DNA of 63,415 nt, filler included, from Octopus bimaculoides (GCF_001194135.2; 6 parts of 6 records of this genome joined end to end with filler, not necessarily neighbours in it), one strand, 5' to 3'. Shown: positions 37,081-52,150, counted from the first letter of the whole stretch. Notes: generated by a model not told the origin, from the sequence alone. Numbers and translations are program-made.

Positions 37081-38210
37081 GTTTTCATTTGAAATGTCTA
37101 AATATATTTTGTTTACATTTGAAAGCATTTGTTGTTTCACTTTCTACAAATTTAAAATGCCGTAGTTTCATTTTCAATTAAAGAAAATGTATTGACAAAT
37201 GCAAACAGTATATATTTATATTCTTCAAATGCAAATGAAATAATATGACAGAAAAAAAGTACTGCCAATGTATATCCCCTAACCTTAATCAAATTTTGAT
37301 TTAAATTCTTTTTAAATTTACATTTGCACACACACACACACACACACATGCACTCACATATATATGTATATGTGTGACTTCAGTCTTCCTTTAAAACAAT
37401 GTCTGGCCATGGGCAGTCATAGAAAATCTTTCTCAACGCATTTCAGTTAACTCATGCAAGCATGGGAAAGTGGACAGTAAAACAATGGTGATGATTTGTG
37501 TGTGTTTGTGTTTGAGTCCTTGATATCACTTTAAAATGCATCTGGTGGTGAGCCCAGGTTTGGAAGTTCCAGAATTTCAAGGAGCATGAAACCATCATCA
37601 CTTAGCCACTGTTGTTCTCAGGTCTGTTTGATCCAGAGTAATAGACCTCTTAGTACCCCGGCTGTAGGTTAATTAGCTTATTAGATGTAGCAGACTCTAC
37701 AAATGAGAGGGTCATGTAAGTGTAAAAGAAGAGATGATCCAGAGTGACAGGAGCAAAAAGGTGATGAGCAATGGAAGAGAACCTGGGGAATAGACAGCTT
37801 CATGACAATTGTTGGTAAGGAGGTTGAATAGTAGCATTGAGTGGCATGTTGAGAAAAGTGATAGGAGAGAGTAATACGTGAGAGAGTAAAGAATCGGTGA
37901 GAACACTAAAAAGAGATTTGATATGAATGTAATGGTCGAGAGAAACTCTGATGTAGACATCATGCATCCCAATCACTGTCACTGTCACCATAATTTTTGC
38001 CTATCGTTTCATTCTTACTGGAGTTGAATTCTTTTTGCTGCGTCTGACATGAATACAGAGAACTACACACACAATAATCATAACTACATGGTCTTGGGAT
38101 CTCTGTCCATCTCACATATTCCGTCTCTCTTTTTATTTATTCACTTTCTTTCATGCTACCAAACATACCAGATAGATAGATAGGTAGGTAGGTAGGTAGG
38201 CAGGCAGGCA

Positions 38211-38241
<31 letters not shown>

Positions 38242-38386
38242 TGGTTGGCTGGCAGGTAGGCAGGCAGATGAGAGGTGGGGTGAGAGAATAGAAATACATT
38301 GATTTATTAATCCCATGTATAAAATCCAATGTTACTGCAGAACAGGCTATATTTAAGATAGCATGTTCATGCTAGTGTATGTTTAT

Positions 38387-38419
<33 letters not shown>

Positions 38420-38914
38420 AACACCTTACAAATTTGTTTCTTCACAGCTGGCATAAATCAAAAGATATATCTATTTGCACGCCTACTCACAAGCATGTAT
38501 ACACATGTAAACAAGTGCCATTTGCCATTTGCCTCTGTTAATCTGTCCATAACCTCAATACATATTCACTTTTCTTTGAAGCTTTATGTTCAATGAATTT
38601 CTTTTTTTCTTATGGACGCTTTTATTTTTATTTTGCGTGGCTTCATATCTGCCTTTTATTTTTTTCTTAATTAATTGGTCTTTGCTAACATGTGTCACCA
38701 CTAGTTTCCACATATTCTACTGATTGGCGTTGATTATACAGTACCCTTGTAGTTGATTATATCAACGGATTCTGCCTCTGTGCAGCCACTTGATCTGTTT
38801 GGGACAGAAACCAAATCATCCTCAGATCTCACTCCTGTCATCTGAAAGAAAGGTGTTTGAGATAATGTAGTCCTAGGTGCACTTTATATTGATATATAAA
38901 TATACATACATACA

Positions 38915-38953
<39 letters not shown>

Positions 38954-39945
38954 NNNNNNNNNNNNNNNNNNNNNNNNNNNNNNNNNNNNNNNNNNNNNNN
39001 NNNNNNNNNNNNNNNNNNNNNNNNNNNNNNNNNNNNNNNNNNNNNNNNNNNNNNNNNNNNNNNNNNNNNNNNNNNNNNNNNNNNNNNNNNNNNNNNNNNN
39101 NNNNNNNNNNNNNNNNNNNNNNNNNNNNNNNNNNNNNNNNNNNNNNNNNNNNNNNNNNNNNNNNNNNNNNNNNNNNNNNNNNNNNNNNNNNNNNNNNNNN
39201 NNNNNNNNNNNNNNNNNNNNNNNNNNNNNNNNNNNNNNNNNNNNNNNNNNNNNNNNNNNNNNNNNNNNNNNNNNNNNNNNNNNNNNNNNNNNNNNNNNNN
39301 NNNNNNNNNNNNNNNNNNNNNNNNNNNNNNNNNNNNNNNNNNNNNNNNNNNNNNNNNNNNNNNNNNNNNNNNNNNNNNNNNNNNNNNNNNNNNNNNNNNN
39401 NNNNNNNNNNNNNNNNNNNNNNNNNNNNNNNNNNNNNNNNNNNNNNNNNNNNNNNNNNNNNNNNNNNNNNNNNNNNNNNNNNNNNNNNNNNNNNNNNNNN
39501 NNNNNNNNNNNNNNNNNNNNNNNNNNNNNNNNNNNNNNNNNNNNNNNNNNNNNNNNNNNNNNNNNNNNNNNNNNNNNNNNNNNNNNNNNNNNNNNNNNNN
39601 NNNNNNNNNNNNNNNNNNNNNNNNNNNNNNNNNNNNNNNNNNNNNNNNNNNNNNNNNNNNNNNNNNNNNNNNNNNNNNNNNNNNNNNNNNNNNNNNNNNN
39701 NNNNNNNNNNNNNNNNNNNNNNNNNNNNNNNNNNNNNNNNNNNNNNNNNNNNNNNNNNNNNNNNNNNNNNNNNNNNNNNNNNNNNNNNNNNNNNNNNNNN
39801 NNNNNNNNNNNNNNNNNNNNNNNNNNNNNNNNNNNNNNNNNNNNNNNNNNNNNNNNNNNNNNNNNNNNNNNNNNNNNNNNNNNNNNNNNNNNNNNNNNNN
39901 NNNNNNNNNNNNNNNNNNNNNNNNNNNNNNNNNNNNNNNNNNNNN

Positions 39946-39979
<34 letters not shown>

Positions 39980-39984
<5 letters not shown>

Positions 39985-40150
39985 CACCCACTACACTCTC
40001 TGAGTGGTTGGCGTTAGGAAGGGCATCCAGCTGTAGAAACTCTGCCAAATCAGATTGGAGCCTGGTGTTGCCATCCGGTTTCACCAGTCCTCAGTCAAAT
40101 CGTCCAACCCATGCTAGCATGGAAAGCGGACGTTAAACGATGATGATGAT
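39980..40150 (+). mobile_element. RTE-3'-tail repeat (family D), young
   Basis: Near-consensus, ending GCGGACGTTAAACGATGATGATG. Confidence 0.9.
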
Positions 40151-41093
40151 ATATATTTACACATATATCATTCAGGAGGCTACTGTAAGGCTTTACAAGG
40201 TTTATGAGTCACAGAGGATAGAGTGAAGAAGATATCTTCAGGCTAGAGAACTGGCTTCAGTGCTTGCAACAAAATAAACTGCAGAGCAATGGCACCCAAG
40301 GACCCAGGACCAGGTGCTGGTGTTGAACCACATAGCAAATTCAATTTTCTCCCCAAGTAGGCTATGAGGAGATTTGATTACATAACTCAAACAAATCCCA
40401 CAAAGCATCTAATCCAATGTTATTACAGTTCCACTGATCTGCTGCTCTAGACTGGCACTTTTTTATTGACCCTGAAAGGATGAAAAACAAAGTTGTCTTT
40501 GGCAGGATTTGAACTCAGAATGCAGAGATTTGGAACAGATATAGTAACACATTCTATCCAATGCTCTAATGACTCTGCCAATACATCATCTATATGAATG
40601 TGTGTGTGTGTGTGCATGTGTGTAAAAATAATGATAAATATGCATAGTTAATTAAATATTCACAAAGAATTAAATTATTGATTAAATAATTGAAAATAAC
40701 TGAATAAGAGACAGGATGGACACAGCTGGAGTGTCTTTTGTCTGCTTGATCAAAACTGACATGGGATTATGCAACTATAGCTTCATGCCCAATATCATTG
40801 TCAGCATCAATTCTATAACTTTTACCTACAACATCAACAACAACAATAACAACAGACCACACCCTATCATCTTAAAATAGAAACAAATCCTTGAACAATG
40901 CAGTTGTAGATATACAGAAGATGGAATGGTCATGACTGAAATGCTGCTGATATTAAGGTCTGTTCAGTCAGTGAACTTGGGGCTAACAACAGCAAAAACA
41001 AAACCAACCTATTTGTAATTAGTAAAGTAGGTGTTACTCTGATGAATGTAAATATGTAAATAGTCGATAAGTTATCATTATTTAATTATACTT

Positions 41094-41490
41094 GAGGTGG
41101 CTGTGTGGTAAGAAGCTTACTTCCCAACCGCCTGGTTCCGAGTTCAGTCCCATTGCATGGCACCTTAGGAAACTGTCTTCTACTATAGCCTTGGGCCAAC
41201 CAAAGCCTTGTGAGTGGATTTGGTAGACAGAAACTGAAAGAAGCCCGTCATATAGATATATGTATGTATTTATGTATATGTGTGTTTGTGTTTGTCCTTC
41301 CACCATCGCTTGACAACTGATGCTGGTGTGTTTACGTCCCTGTAACTTAGTGGTTCGGCAAAAGAGACCGATAAAATAAGTTATAGTCTTACAAAAAATA
41401 AATCCTGGGGTCAATTTGTTCAACAAAAACCATTGAGGTAGTGCTCCAGCATGATCACAGTCAAATGACTGAAATATGTAAAAGAATAAG
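41094..41490 (+). mobile_element. SINE family A, full length
   Basis: Head, central repeat and tail. Confidence 0.9.
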
Positions 41491-41965
41491 AAAATAAAAA
41501 AAATCTAAATGACTAATTCTGGCCAAGAAAAGTAGGAGAAATAACCCCAGTGTTTTATTAAAGTTAACTGAAATTAGAATGCAGTACTGAGTTAGTTTGA
41601 TCTTTAACAATACAATGATAATTCTGGACATGTTTCAGCCTTATTATATTTCATCAAAGAACCAATTCAACCAGATTTTTAGAATGACCAGAGAGAATAT
41701 ATATGATTAGTGAATGAACATTGAGTGTGGTGTGACAGCTTAAAAGAAATAGAGAAGAGTCGTATACTCAAGTATATATACGTGAAAAGTAAATAGTAAA
41801 TGGGTGCTAAGAGTAAAAATGTAGTCCAGCATTTTAACATTCCTGGTAACTCTTTTGAGGACCTATCAGTGTGTGGTGTTTTCTAAAACTCTAGCTTAAA
41901 AGAAACCAACAAACATGAAAAACAACCCATCTTCAGCTTGGGTTGATGTCCTCTCTCTCTCTCTG

Positions 41966-42016
<51 letters not shown>

Positions 42017-42079
42017 ATGTGCTTTCAATACCTTATCATTTCCCCTCTGCTTTTGCTCCACCTCTCTCTCTTACTTTTC

Positions 42080-42126
<47 letters not shown>

Positions 42127-42548
42127 ACCCCCCCCCCCACAGTGTCAATAATCTCCACTCCATTGTTGTTAATTGTCTATTAGCATACACTCCCACACAC
42201 TCACTCTCAAACACACATGCCATACATATATGTATACTCATACTCTGCCAACCTTTTGCACTTAATCTTTCACTAATTAACATTTAACATTTGAATTTAT
42301 GTTGTTTAATTAGCACCAAAGATGTTCAAGTAATTTGAAAACTATAATAAGCAAGTTCTTCTTTCAGGTGTCAAAATTACCTCTTATCTCTATTGATGTG
42401 TGTGTGTGTGTTGTTGTTGTTCATTTGCTCATTCATTTGACACCTGTTTTTCCATTGTAGCTGGGTTAATGGGGAGTTATTTCTAGCAAGATTTTAAGGC
42501 CACATCCTCTTACTATTGCCAACCCTTACTTGTGTTGCAAGTATGAGA

Positions 42549-42612
<64 letters not shown>

Positions 42613-42726
42613 TCAGAGTTTGTGAGAATCATTAAGCAACTGATTCTTTTGACAATAATAAATAACAACATTACCATTATTTTTGCCCAAGTAATAATAA
42701 GTAAGGAGTATTCATACACATCTGCA

Positions 42727-42764
<38 letters not shown>

Positions 42765-42766
<2 letters not shown>

Positions 42767-42895
42767 GCTTCTTGGTGCAGTTTCCATCTACAAAATTCAT
42801 TCATGAGGAATTGGTCAATGCAAGGTGCCATGCAGTGGGACTGAACCTGAAACCATGTGGTTGCAAAGCTAAGATTTTGAACATACAGTTACGCT
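42765..42895 (-). mobile_element. SINE family A head, decayed
   Basis: CAAGGTGCCATGCAGTGGGACTGAACC. Confidence 0.7.
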
Positions 42896-43222
42896 TGTGT
42901 GTATGTGTGTGTGTGTGTGTGTAGATGGATAGATAGATAGATAGATAGATAGGCAGGCAGGCAGAAAGATAGATAGACAGAATGAGTTTATAGGGATAAA
43001 CTACCCAGTGCTCTTAGGTATAATCCAGGTACTGGCTAAGCACATCAAGTAGTAGGAAGCACCACTTCGGGTGAGAAATCCCACTGTAATTCTTCTGATG
43101 AGTAAATCCAAATACATTTCACTGGATTATAAATATTTGTGGGGTGTAAATCCAAAACATTTAAAAAAGAATATGGAGACTGGTACATCTTTGAATTTTT
43201 CTTTTAATTTTAACAGTTAATT

Positions 43223-43429
43223 CATCATCATCATCATCATTGTTTAACGTCCACTTTCCATGCTGGCATGGGTTGGATGGGTTGACTGAGGACTGGAAAG
43301 CCAGGAGGCTGCATCAGGCTCCAATCTGATCTGGCAAGGTTTCTGCAGTTGGATGCTCTTCCTATCACCAACCACTCCATGAGTGTAGTGGGTACTTTTT
43401 ACATACCACAGGCACGGGAGCCAGTCAGC
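43223..43429 (-). mobile_element. RTE-3'-tail repeat (family D) nested in the left inverted arm
   Basis: CATCATCAT-TGTTTAACGTCCACTTTCCATGC... is absent from the homologous right arm. Confidence 0.85.
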
Positions 43430-43858
43430 ATAATTAGTTCAAATGACCTACACATGTTTCTGCTGCATAGACTACATGCATTTGCATATGCAACTCACAA
43501 TATTCTGTTATGTACTTTCATTTAGGATCTTTCCACAAATGTGGTCCAAAGTGAACTGAATTTATTTATGCATGGTTAACTTATTTATTTATTTTACTAT
43601 GGTCTTAGATGCAAAATGGAAGTGATGGGGAGATGTTGAAACCTGAAATCGTTATAAAATTTACTTAACATATGACCTCATGTTAACCTTAGTTCCAGGA
43701 TGAAACTGAGAGTTCTATACATGTGCTGAAGCTAGTGTTGTGTGTTCTTAACTCTATCCTTAAAAGAACTTAAATGGTGCTAAATGATGTCCTTAAGTGA
43801 CAAGGGGAACTTGCTCAAGGTAGTGTTGTGCACCTTAATTCTTTCCTTAAACAAATCA

Positions 43859-44080
43859 TTTAAGGATAGATTTAAGATGCACAACACTAGCTTCAGTAAG
43901 TTTGTCTGGTCACATAAGAATAAAAACGCTAGCTTTAGTATAGAATGGAAAAAAATTAGCACTGCTGTACCTTATATAGCTGGAGGTAAAAGGTGTCACT
44001 TGTGCATAGAGGAAATTTACCAGATTTTTACATCAAAATACCAATTGCTTAACAGTAGACTGGAACAGGTCTTGGGATGT
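43859..44080 (+). pseudogene. Penelope-like element GIY-YIG endonuclease C-terminal remnant
   Basis: FKDRFKMHNTSFSKFVWSHKNKNASFSIEWKKISTAVPYIAGGKRCHLCIEEIYQIFTSKYQLLNSRLEQVLGC matches the PLE pattern FKxRxxxHxxSF...SKxxWxxK...W...PY...CxLCxxE...LLNxRxE...C. Confidence 0.75.
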
Positions 44081-44794
44081 TCACTCCTGCATGGGAAAAC
44101 ATTTAAATATTTCCATGCAGGTGTTGGATAGGATAATATCCACTACACAAAGAGGAGGTACCTGAATTTAAGGGGTAAATGTCAAGACAATATCTGGTTT
44201 AACTTTCAACTGGTTATCAATATAATCACCAGCTTAAAATGTTTTCTTTATAAATCATAGCAACACATATAGGACACAGTAACTTCCATATAATCTAATA
44301 CCCACTTAACAAGTGCACCTTTCATATGGATATCTTCAGTATATATGACAGAATTTCTTCAATTGATTTAATTAAATTTAATTCAATCTCTTTTAATGCA
44401 TAGATGAAGTTATATTTGAACACTAAGATATCCTTTGACCTAATTTACTCAATTTCATCTTAGAACTAAAGTTAACATGAGGTCAAGTACAAAGTAAACT
44501 TTATAACCCTATCAAGTTTCAATATCTCCCCTTCACTTCCATTTTGTATCTAAGATCATTGTAAAATAAAGAAATAAGCTAGCCATGCATGAATAAACTC
44601 AGTTCACTTTGGACCACGCTGGTGGAAAGACCCTGAATGAAGGTACATAACAGAATGCAAATGCATATTGTCTATGTAGCAGAAACACGTCAGTCATTTT
44701 AATTAATTATATTGTATAATTAACTGTTAAAATTTTTTAAAAATTCAAACATGTATCAGTCTCCATATTCTTTGTGTTTGTTGTGTGTGTGTTA

Positions 44795-45010
44795 TTTCTT
44801 TACTGCCCACAAGGGGGCTACACACAGAGGGGACAAACGGATTAAGTCGATAATACCGACACCAGTGCGTAACTGGTACTTATTTAATCGACCCCGAAAG
44901 GATGAAAGGCAAAGTCGACCTCGGCGGAATTTGAACTCAGAACGTAATGGCAGACGAAATACCGCTAAGCATTTCGCCCGGCATGCTAACGTTTCGGCCA
45001 GCTCGCCGCC
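44795..45010 (-). mobile_element. SINE family B, young full-length copy
   Basis: Complete tRNA-like head, GCCTTTCATCCTTTCGGGGTCG block and tail; CpGs intact. Confidence 0.9.
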
Positions 45011-45639
45011 TTTGTGTGTGTGTGTGTGTGTGTGTGTGCATGTGTGTTTGTTGTGTGTGTGTGTGTGTGTGTGCAGACATAGCTATAGGTGCAGGTATGA
45101 GTATGTCTAAGGAATTTGCTTTCAAGCCACTTGGTTTCAGGTTCAGTCCTAGGAGTGAATGTGTGGAGTAGGGGATGTCTAATAATGCAGAGCAGCAGAA
45201 TAGAATGATGATACAGGAAACATGGCAGCAAAAGAGTGATGACATTCTGGTGGATAGGGTGCTGGAGTAAGTGGGGAAGAGAGGCAAGTGGTGTTTGAAG
45301 AAGGTGAGACATGTGGGGACAGAGGAGGGGGTGATAATTTGATGGCACAGTAGAAGTGAGTGAGTGGGTGGGGTGAGTGATCAATCAATGGATGATCAGT
45401 TTTAGTGAATGACAATGGATAAGTGATGTGGTTCCTGATAGTACGTGAAGTGGTGTCAAGGAAAAAATACAGTTGGGGAGGTGATAGGTGGTGGGTGTCT
45501 TGAGGAGGAAGGAAATTGGGCTATTGGAACTCAATTTCATTGACATGGGCATGTCTCCTCAAGAACCACATATTGCCAAACATCTAAGTTCTTTGTCACC
45601 TTCTCCATGAGGCTTAAGGAAGAAATTTTAGTCAAATAA

Positions 45640-45765
45640 ATCAACTCCAGTACTTTTTTTTAAGCCTGGTACTTATTCTATCAATATTTTTTGCCAAACA
45701 GCTAAGTTACAGGAACGTAAACATACCAACACCAATTGTCAAGAAGTGGTGGAGGACAAACACAC
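45640..45765 (-). mobile_element. SINE family A tail
   Basis: Tail motifs. Confidence 0.7.
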
Positions 45766-46934
45766 ACACATACACACACACACACACACACATACGAGTC
45801 TTTGTCTCTCTCTGTCATTCACTCACAATATTCTAAAGAAACATGTCTGGCCATGGAAAAATATTACCTTGATTGGAAACAGTTAAGGGTTGATGACAGG
45901 AAAGGCATTTGGCTGACCTGACCCCTATAAGTATTGTGAAGTAGACATTAAAACGACAACGACGATGATGACGATATATACCAACAAGGGAGTATTTATG
46001 AAATTTCTCTGCCTATTAGACAAGCTCCTTCAAATCACACCTTATTGTGTTAAACATTTTAGGATACATTAAATATTATGCTCCTACAATATAATATATA
46101 CTCCTCACTACACGTACACATACAGACACACTCCTCACGCACACAGGGTATCGCCTAAGCTGAATGAAGTGCAATGTTATTCTATGGGAATAACATTTAT
46201 TTGTTCATATTAGTTTTCATTAATCTAATTTTTTTTCAATCCACCTTTAATAAATTCTATTCAGTTCCATCTACCAAAAATTGCATTTTTTTGAATGTCT
46301 GATATTAGGTAGAATTGCTCAAAGCTTCAGGTATTTTTAGGCAGATGACCCGCACTTTTCATTGACGCCGACATTCATTTACAATCTTTCAATTGTCTTC
46401 AGTAAGGATAGCTACAGTTACTTCCCTTGTTTTTACTTCAACTATGAGATTCAATTTTTTATTCTATTAATATTATTGTTGACAATACATTCATTTTATG
46501 TTTTCTTTTTCTTTAATTTATATATATATTTCATGTGGAATATTAAATTTATGCATCACTGACACTTACAACCTTCTAGTTTGCTTCTAAAATGTCAAAA
46601 TCTTTCACGAAGAAGCAAATATTGAACTTAAGCATTCATAGTTATGTCCCTTGGATTATAGTTCCTTCTCCATTTCTTACGGGTTTCTATTGGTAAAGTT
46701 TTCAGCAAATTACATTAAGCCAACACGAGAAAGTTTAATCTTAACGATCAGACGTGACTAAGGAGAAGAGTAGTAATGAATAAAAGGGGACAAAAATCAA
46801 GGCATCTAAATTTCAGTTATAAGCACTATCCATTATAACTTTTACAAGCAACCAGCACATGGCATATACTATGAAAGATTTTGTTTCCTAACGATATAGA
46901 TAAAATTATTTGGTGGCAAATAAATGAAATTGTT

Positions 46935-48145
<1,211 letters not shown>

Positions 48146-48293
48146 AAACACACACACACACACACACACTATTCTACATGTCCATAATCCATGTCATGTT
48201 TTTGGATGCAGTCCTAGATGTAGTGATCATACATCAGGAAATTTACAAAGCAGTGGAAATCTATTTAGCTTGTAATATTCAGATTTACCAACG

Positions 48294-48829
48294 TCTATAA
48301 TAATAAAAGCAAAATTCTGTCTGTCCGTCTGGGACCCCTGTAACTCTGTCTTCATAGATATATTATACCTTTTTGGAATCAGGATGATCCTGGGATTGAG
48401 AATCTACACTTCATTTGGTTCCTAAACATCCAGTATTGAGATCTGATTTAAAAGCATTCATGTTGCTATTTCTAGCAGGTAATGCTTGGCTGATTCATGC
48501 CATCTTGATTGGCATTTATCAGATGATGTCAGAGATCAAGAGAGAGATAAATGACATTCGTCTTGTTAATTTTACATAGAGATAAGAACTTTGGGACAAA
48601 TTGGCCAACAATTGGAGTTCAACAGGGAACTGGAACAATAGAATCATTGCATTACAGAATTAATTCTCAGCCATCCTTACCCTCTGATCAAACGCCACCA
48701 GAGCATATAGTCATTATAGACATATTATAGTCATGCTATTTAGCTCCCTCTAGCTTGGGGTTGCAGGTCCGATTAGCCCTTTGCAGGAGCCAGCTTAAAA
48801 GTCCACACAGAGTGCAGCTTTAAAGCTAG
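48294..48829 (+). mobile_element. Probable non-autonomous Helitron-type element
   Basis: 5' TCTATAATAATAAAAGC...CTGTCTGTCCGTCTG and 3' AGCTTTAAAGCTAG followed by T; the canonical 5' flanking A is absent. Confidence 0.45.
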
Positions 48830-49279
48830 TGTATTATAAAGTTATTGACAAATTTATTTTCGAAGTTGGTGAAAAGTTACAAATTTGTTGATTGCAAGAT
48901 ATTATTGTTAAAAATTCAGTCAGATATATATACCAGATACTTGTCAATTTTACAAGAATGATAGAAAAAAACTGAATGAAGTTGGATTTGAACTTGGAAC
49001 ATAAATGAATGTCACTAAATATGGAAAAACTTTCAATCCAGTTTAAAACCATTTCTCTCACTCCACTTCTCATTACTTTTGTCATCATTAAATTATTAAT
49101 GATTTATTGTTTTCTTAACAATAGTCAAGGCAGGTAGTAAGCTTAAGGCAAGGCAGTTATGTGACCCAGATTTTCATTGTCTCACCTTGCCATGGTTTTA
49201 AGGCTCTTCAAAAAGATATGAACATCACAAGTCTTATTTGCCATCTCTTAAATCTATTGGGATTTATTCTTTCTTTGTG

Positions 49280-49310
<31 letters not shown>

Positions 49311-49329
49311 ACATTAACATATGTACATT

Positions 49330-49590
49330 CATCATTATCATCATCACCATTTTAATGTTCACTTTTCTATGTTTGCATGGGTCAAATAGAATTTTGTTAA
49401 GGCAGATTTTCTATGGCTTGATGCCCTTCCTGTTGCCAACCCTTACCTGTTTGCAAGCCAGGTAACGTTTCTTGTGCCTAGACGTTTTTTACCATGGAAC
49501 ACTGGAAATGAACAACATCACTTGTACAACAGTGATGCTTATTTACAAACATCACATGATGTCAAGACAAGCGTACACACAAACAAACAC
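49330..49590 (-). mobile_element. RTE-tail-related repeat
   Basis: CATCATCACCATTTTAATGTTCACTTTTC...GATGCCCTTCCTGTTGCCAACC; similar copies at ~36090-36330, 45830-45975 and 53670-53890. Confidence 0.65.
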
Positions 49591-49614
49591 ACACACACAC
49601 ACACACATGACATG

Positions 49615-49770
49615 CGCCTATCAGTTTCCATCTTTGAAATCCACTCACTAGGTTTTGATCAATCTGGGTCTATAGCAAAGGGTTCTTACTCAAAGTGTCA
49701 CACAGTGGGGCTGAATTTGAAACCACATGGTTGGGAAGCAAGTTTCTTAATCACACAGATACGCCTGTGC
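49615..49770 (-). mobile_element. SINE family A head, decayed
   Basis: TCAGTTTCCATCT...AAATCCACTCAC...CCACATGGTTGGGAAGCAAG. Confidence 0.7.
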
Positions 49771-51809
49771 TATACTCATACATGAAATAAATTATAATAA
49801 AAGTTTAATTTATTGACTATTAGTAATCCATGGCATAGATAAAATATATTTTCTTTATCCACTCCTGTGTGTGTGTGTGTGTGAAAATATTCATGGTGGC
49901 ATGTTGGAGGGGCTTGGTTATTGATATTCAATTATCTACTGCCCAGCTGGTTTGACATTTAAGTCATCCTCTTATTACATACCTTCCTGATTTTCTTTAA
50001 ATTCCTATTTCATAGTTTTACAGTAATTACTAAGATTAAATCAACTGGAAGTGTGACTTTTCCATAGAGACACGTTTAAACCAAAGAATGGAAATCAATT
50101 CCATTCTTGCCCAGCAACCAATTCAAACATTTTGAATTGTTAAAATTGACTTTTTTTTTTCTGTTTTCTGTTTTTTCCGAAAACTGAAGCATGAGGTGGA
50201 ATTGAATAGAAAGATTTGCAGAAATGCAACCAAATTTCAACATGAGTTAACTTCTAATTTATGGTATATAAAATTCAAATTGATAAACAGTATGTTATTC
50301 ACTGAATTTCATTTCAAATGGAAATGGTTTTCATCCTTCTACATTTATTCCAGTTTAGCTTTAAAGCCATTTGGCTTTATTAAATTTTAAATTTCCATAT
50401 AAATATACTGATCAGAACACAAATTGCTTGAATCAAAAATGTGCAACCTAGATTTAAATATTTACATTTATCTCCCTTGTACTTAACATTTCTAAATACT
50501 TTTCTTATTCATTGTTTCACACACACTATATCTTTATATATCAATCTTCCTCATTCCTTCTATTGAAACACTTATAAAATTCCTAGACCCTCTGCGTGGC
50601 TGCTCAACTTGTTGGAAATTGTAGCCAAATGTCTGTCAAATCACACCCTGTCCTCTCTACACTATCCAAGAAGAAAAGGACGTGTATTCATGGCTGGAGA
50701 TTTTTTATTATAAGTCTGCTGAATAAGAGTTGACCTTAGGCTAAACAACAGCACAATAATGACACCCTGAATCAAACAGAGAGTACTGAACACCTTGCCA
50801 ATTTTGAAATCACGCTAGAATTCGAAGATGCTATATTTTAACCCCCTAATGCATTGGAGTAGAAATAGCGTGGATAAAATAATGTATATGTAGAGTATTA
50901 ATATAAAGTCACTTAACTAACACTGTCTTTTTCTTTCTCACTCAAAAAAGGTGTGCGTCATTAAAAATAAATAAATCTATGTGTCCCCTTGGAAAATTCT
51001 CATTTTATATCTAAGTGTTAAGATATTTAATGCATGGTGCATTAAAAGCTAACTAGAGATAAATGTGCAGTGAGGAAAACCCAACATAAATGATCAGCAC
51101 TGATTTTATTTTACCAGCAAGTATGGGAGATAACTGATGTTTCAATCATATTCTATACTCATCAGCAAAATATCACCTTTGCTGTATTTCATGATACAAC
51201 CATGAAAGAATCATTAAGTAAATATTATTAATTATTCTTCATAAGGAACTGGGGTAGTAGACATGTCAGATGTACACAAGTAATGAATAGTGGAATCAGT
51301 GAAAAAAAGTCCACAATTTGGTCAAGTAGTTAGTGTAATTTATTCCATATTTATTTCATATCTCAGTTTGAAGATATATATATATATATCATTGATTTTA
51401 TTTTTGATGGTAGGGATGACAAAGGAGCGTCTGTAATTTGATGAAGAACAAAATATCACCAAATCTAATTGGTGAAGAACAAACACTTTTGTCACAATAT
51501 TCGGTTTGCTCAGTAATATTTACATTCTTTGTTTATACATATTAGCAAAAGATATATGCATACTTAAATACACCACACACACACACACACACACACATGA
51601 CTGGCTTCTGCTCAATTTCCATCAGTCAAATTCTCTTTACAAAGTTTTAGTCAACCATATGCTACAGTAGGCACTTTCCCAAGTTACTATGCCCAGGAAT
51701 CAAACCCAGAATGATGTGGTTGTGAAGCAGCCTTTTTAACCACAAGGCCATGCCAGGAATATGGTATTTCTTTTTCTTTATTTGCTGCATCTGGCCAAAG
51801 GACTAGTGC

Positions 51810-52150
51810 CCATGAACTTTGCAGGATCTTTGGAATTTCTAAGCTTGATGCCATTAATATTCCATTTAAACTATTGGTCAACACCTGCAGGAAAAGAAAT
51901 GAGCTAGGAGAAGGCTCCAAAGGAGCAATATTCTGGAGAAGAATTGCACACAATAGTTAGTGCAGAGCCAGAGAGGTTGGATGCAACAAAAGTGACAATA
52001 GTTAGGACAAGTGAGTTAGAGATACTTGAGTGACAGAGGCATGAGACCAGCCTGTTCCAAGGAAGTGAGGCCATGACAGTAGCATTAGAAAAGACAGATG
52101 GAAGATACACCATGGCTGTGGAGGAAGTTGCTATCTTTTTGGAAACAAAG
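51810..52150 (-). mobile_element. Jockey/CR1-group LINE ORF2 C-terminal remnant
   Basis: LHSHGVSSICLF*CYCHGL...QFFSRILLLWSLL resembles HRRxVSSLCLFYRYYHGLCS...SFFxRTxxLWNxLP. Confidence 0.6.

Larger units (their letters stand above)
43166..44773. mobile_element. Long-inverted-repeat element enclosing a Penelope-type endonuclease remnant
   Basis: Left arm 43166-43222 plus 43430-43710 is the reverse complement of right arm 44448-44773 (roughly 80% identical by eye). Confidence 0.75.

Noticed and set aside
49182-49245. Exon candidate MANKTCDVHIFLKSLKTMA with a strong donor
   Set aside because: No pyrimidine tract at the acceptor; insufficient support.
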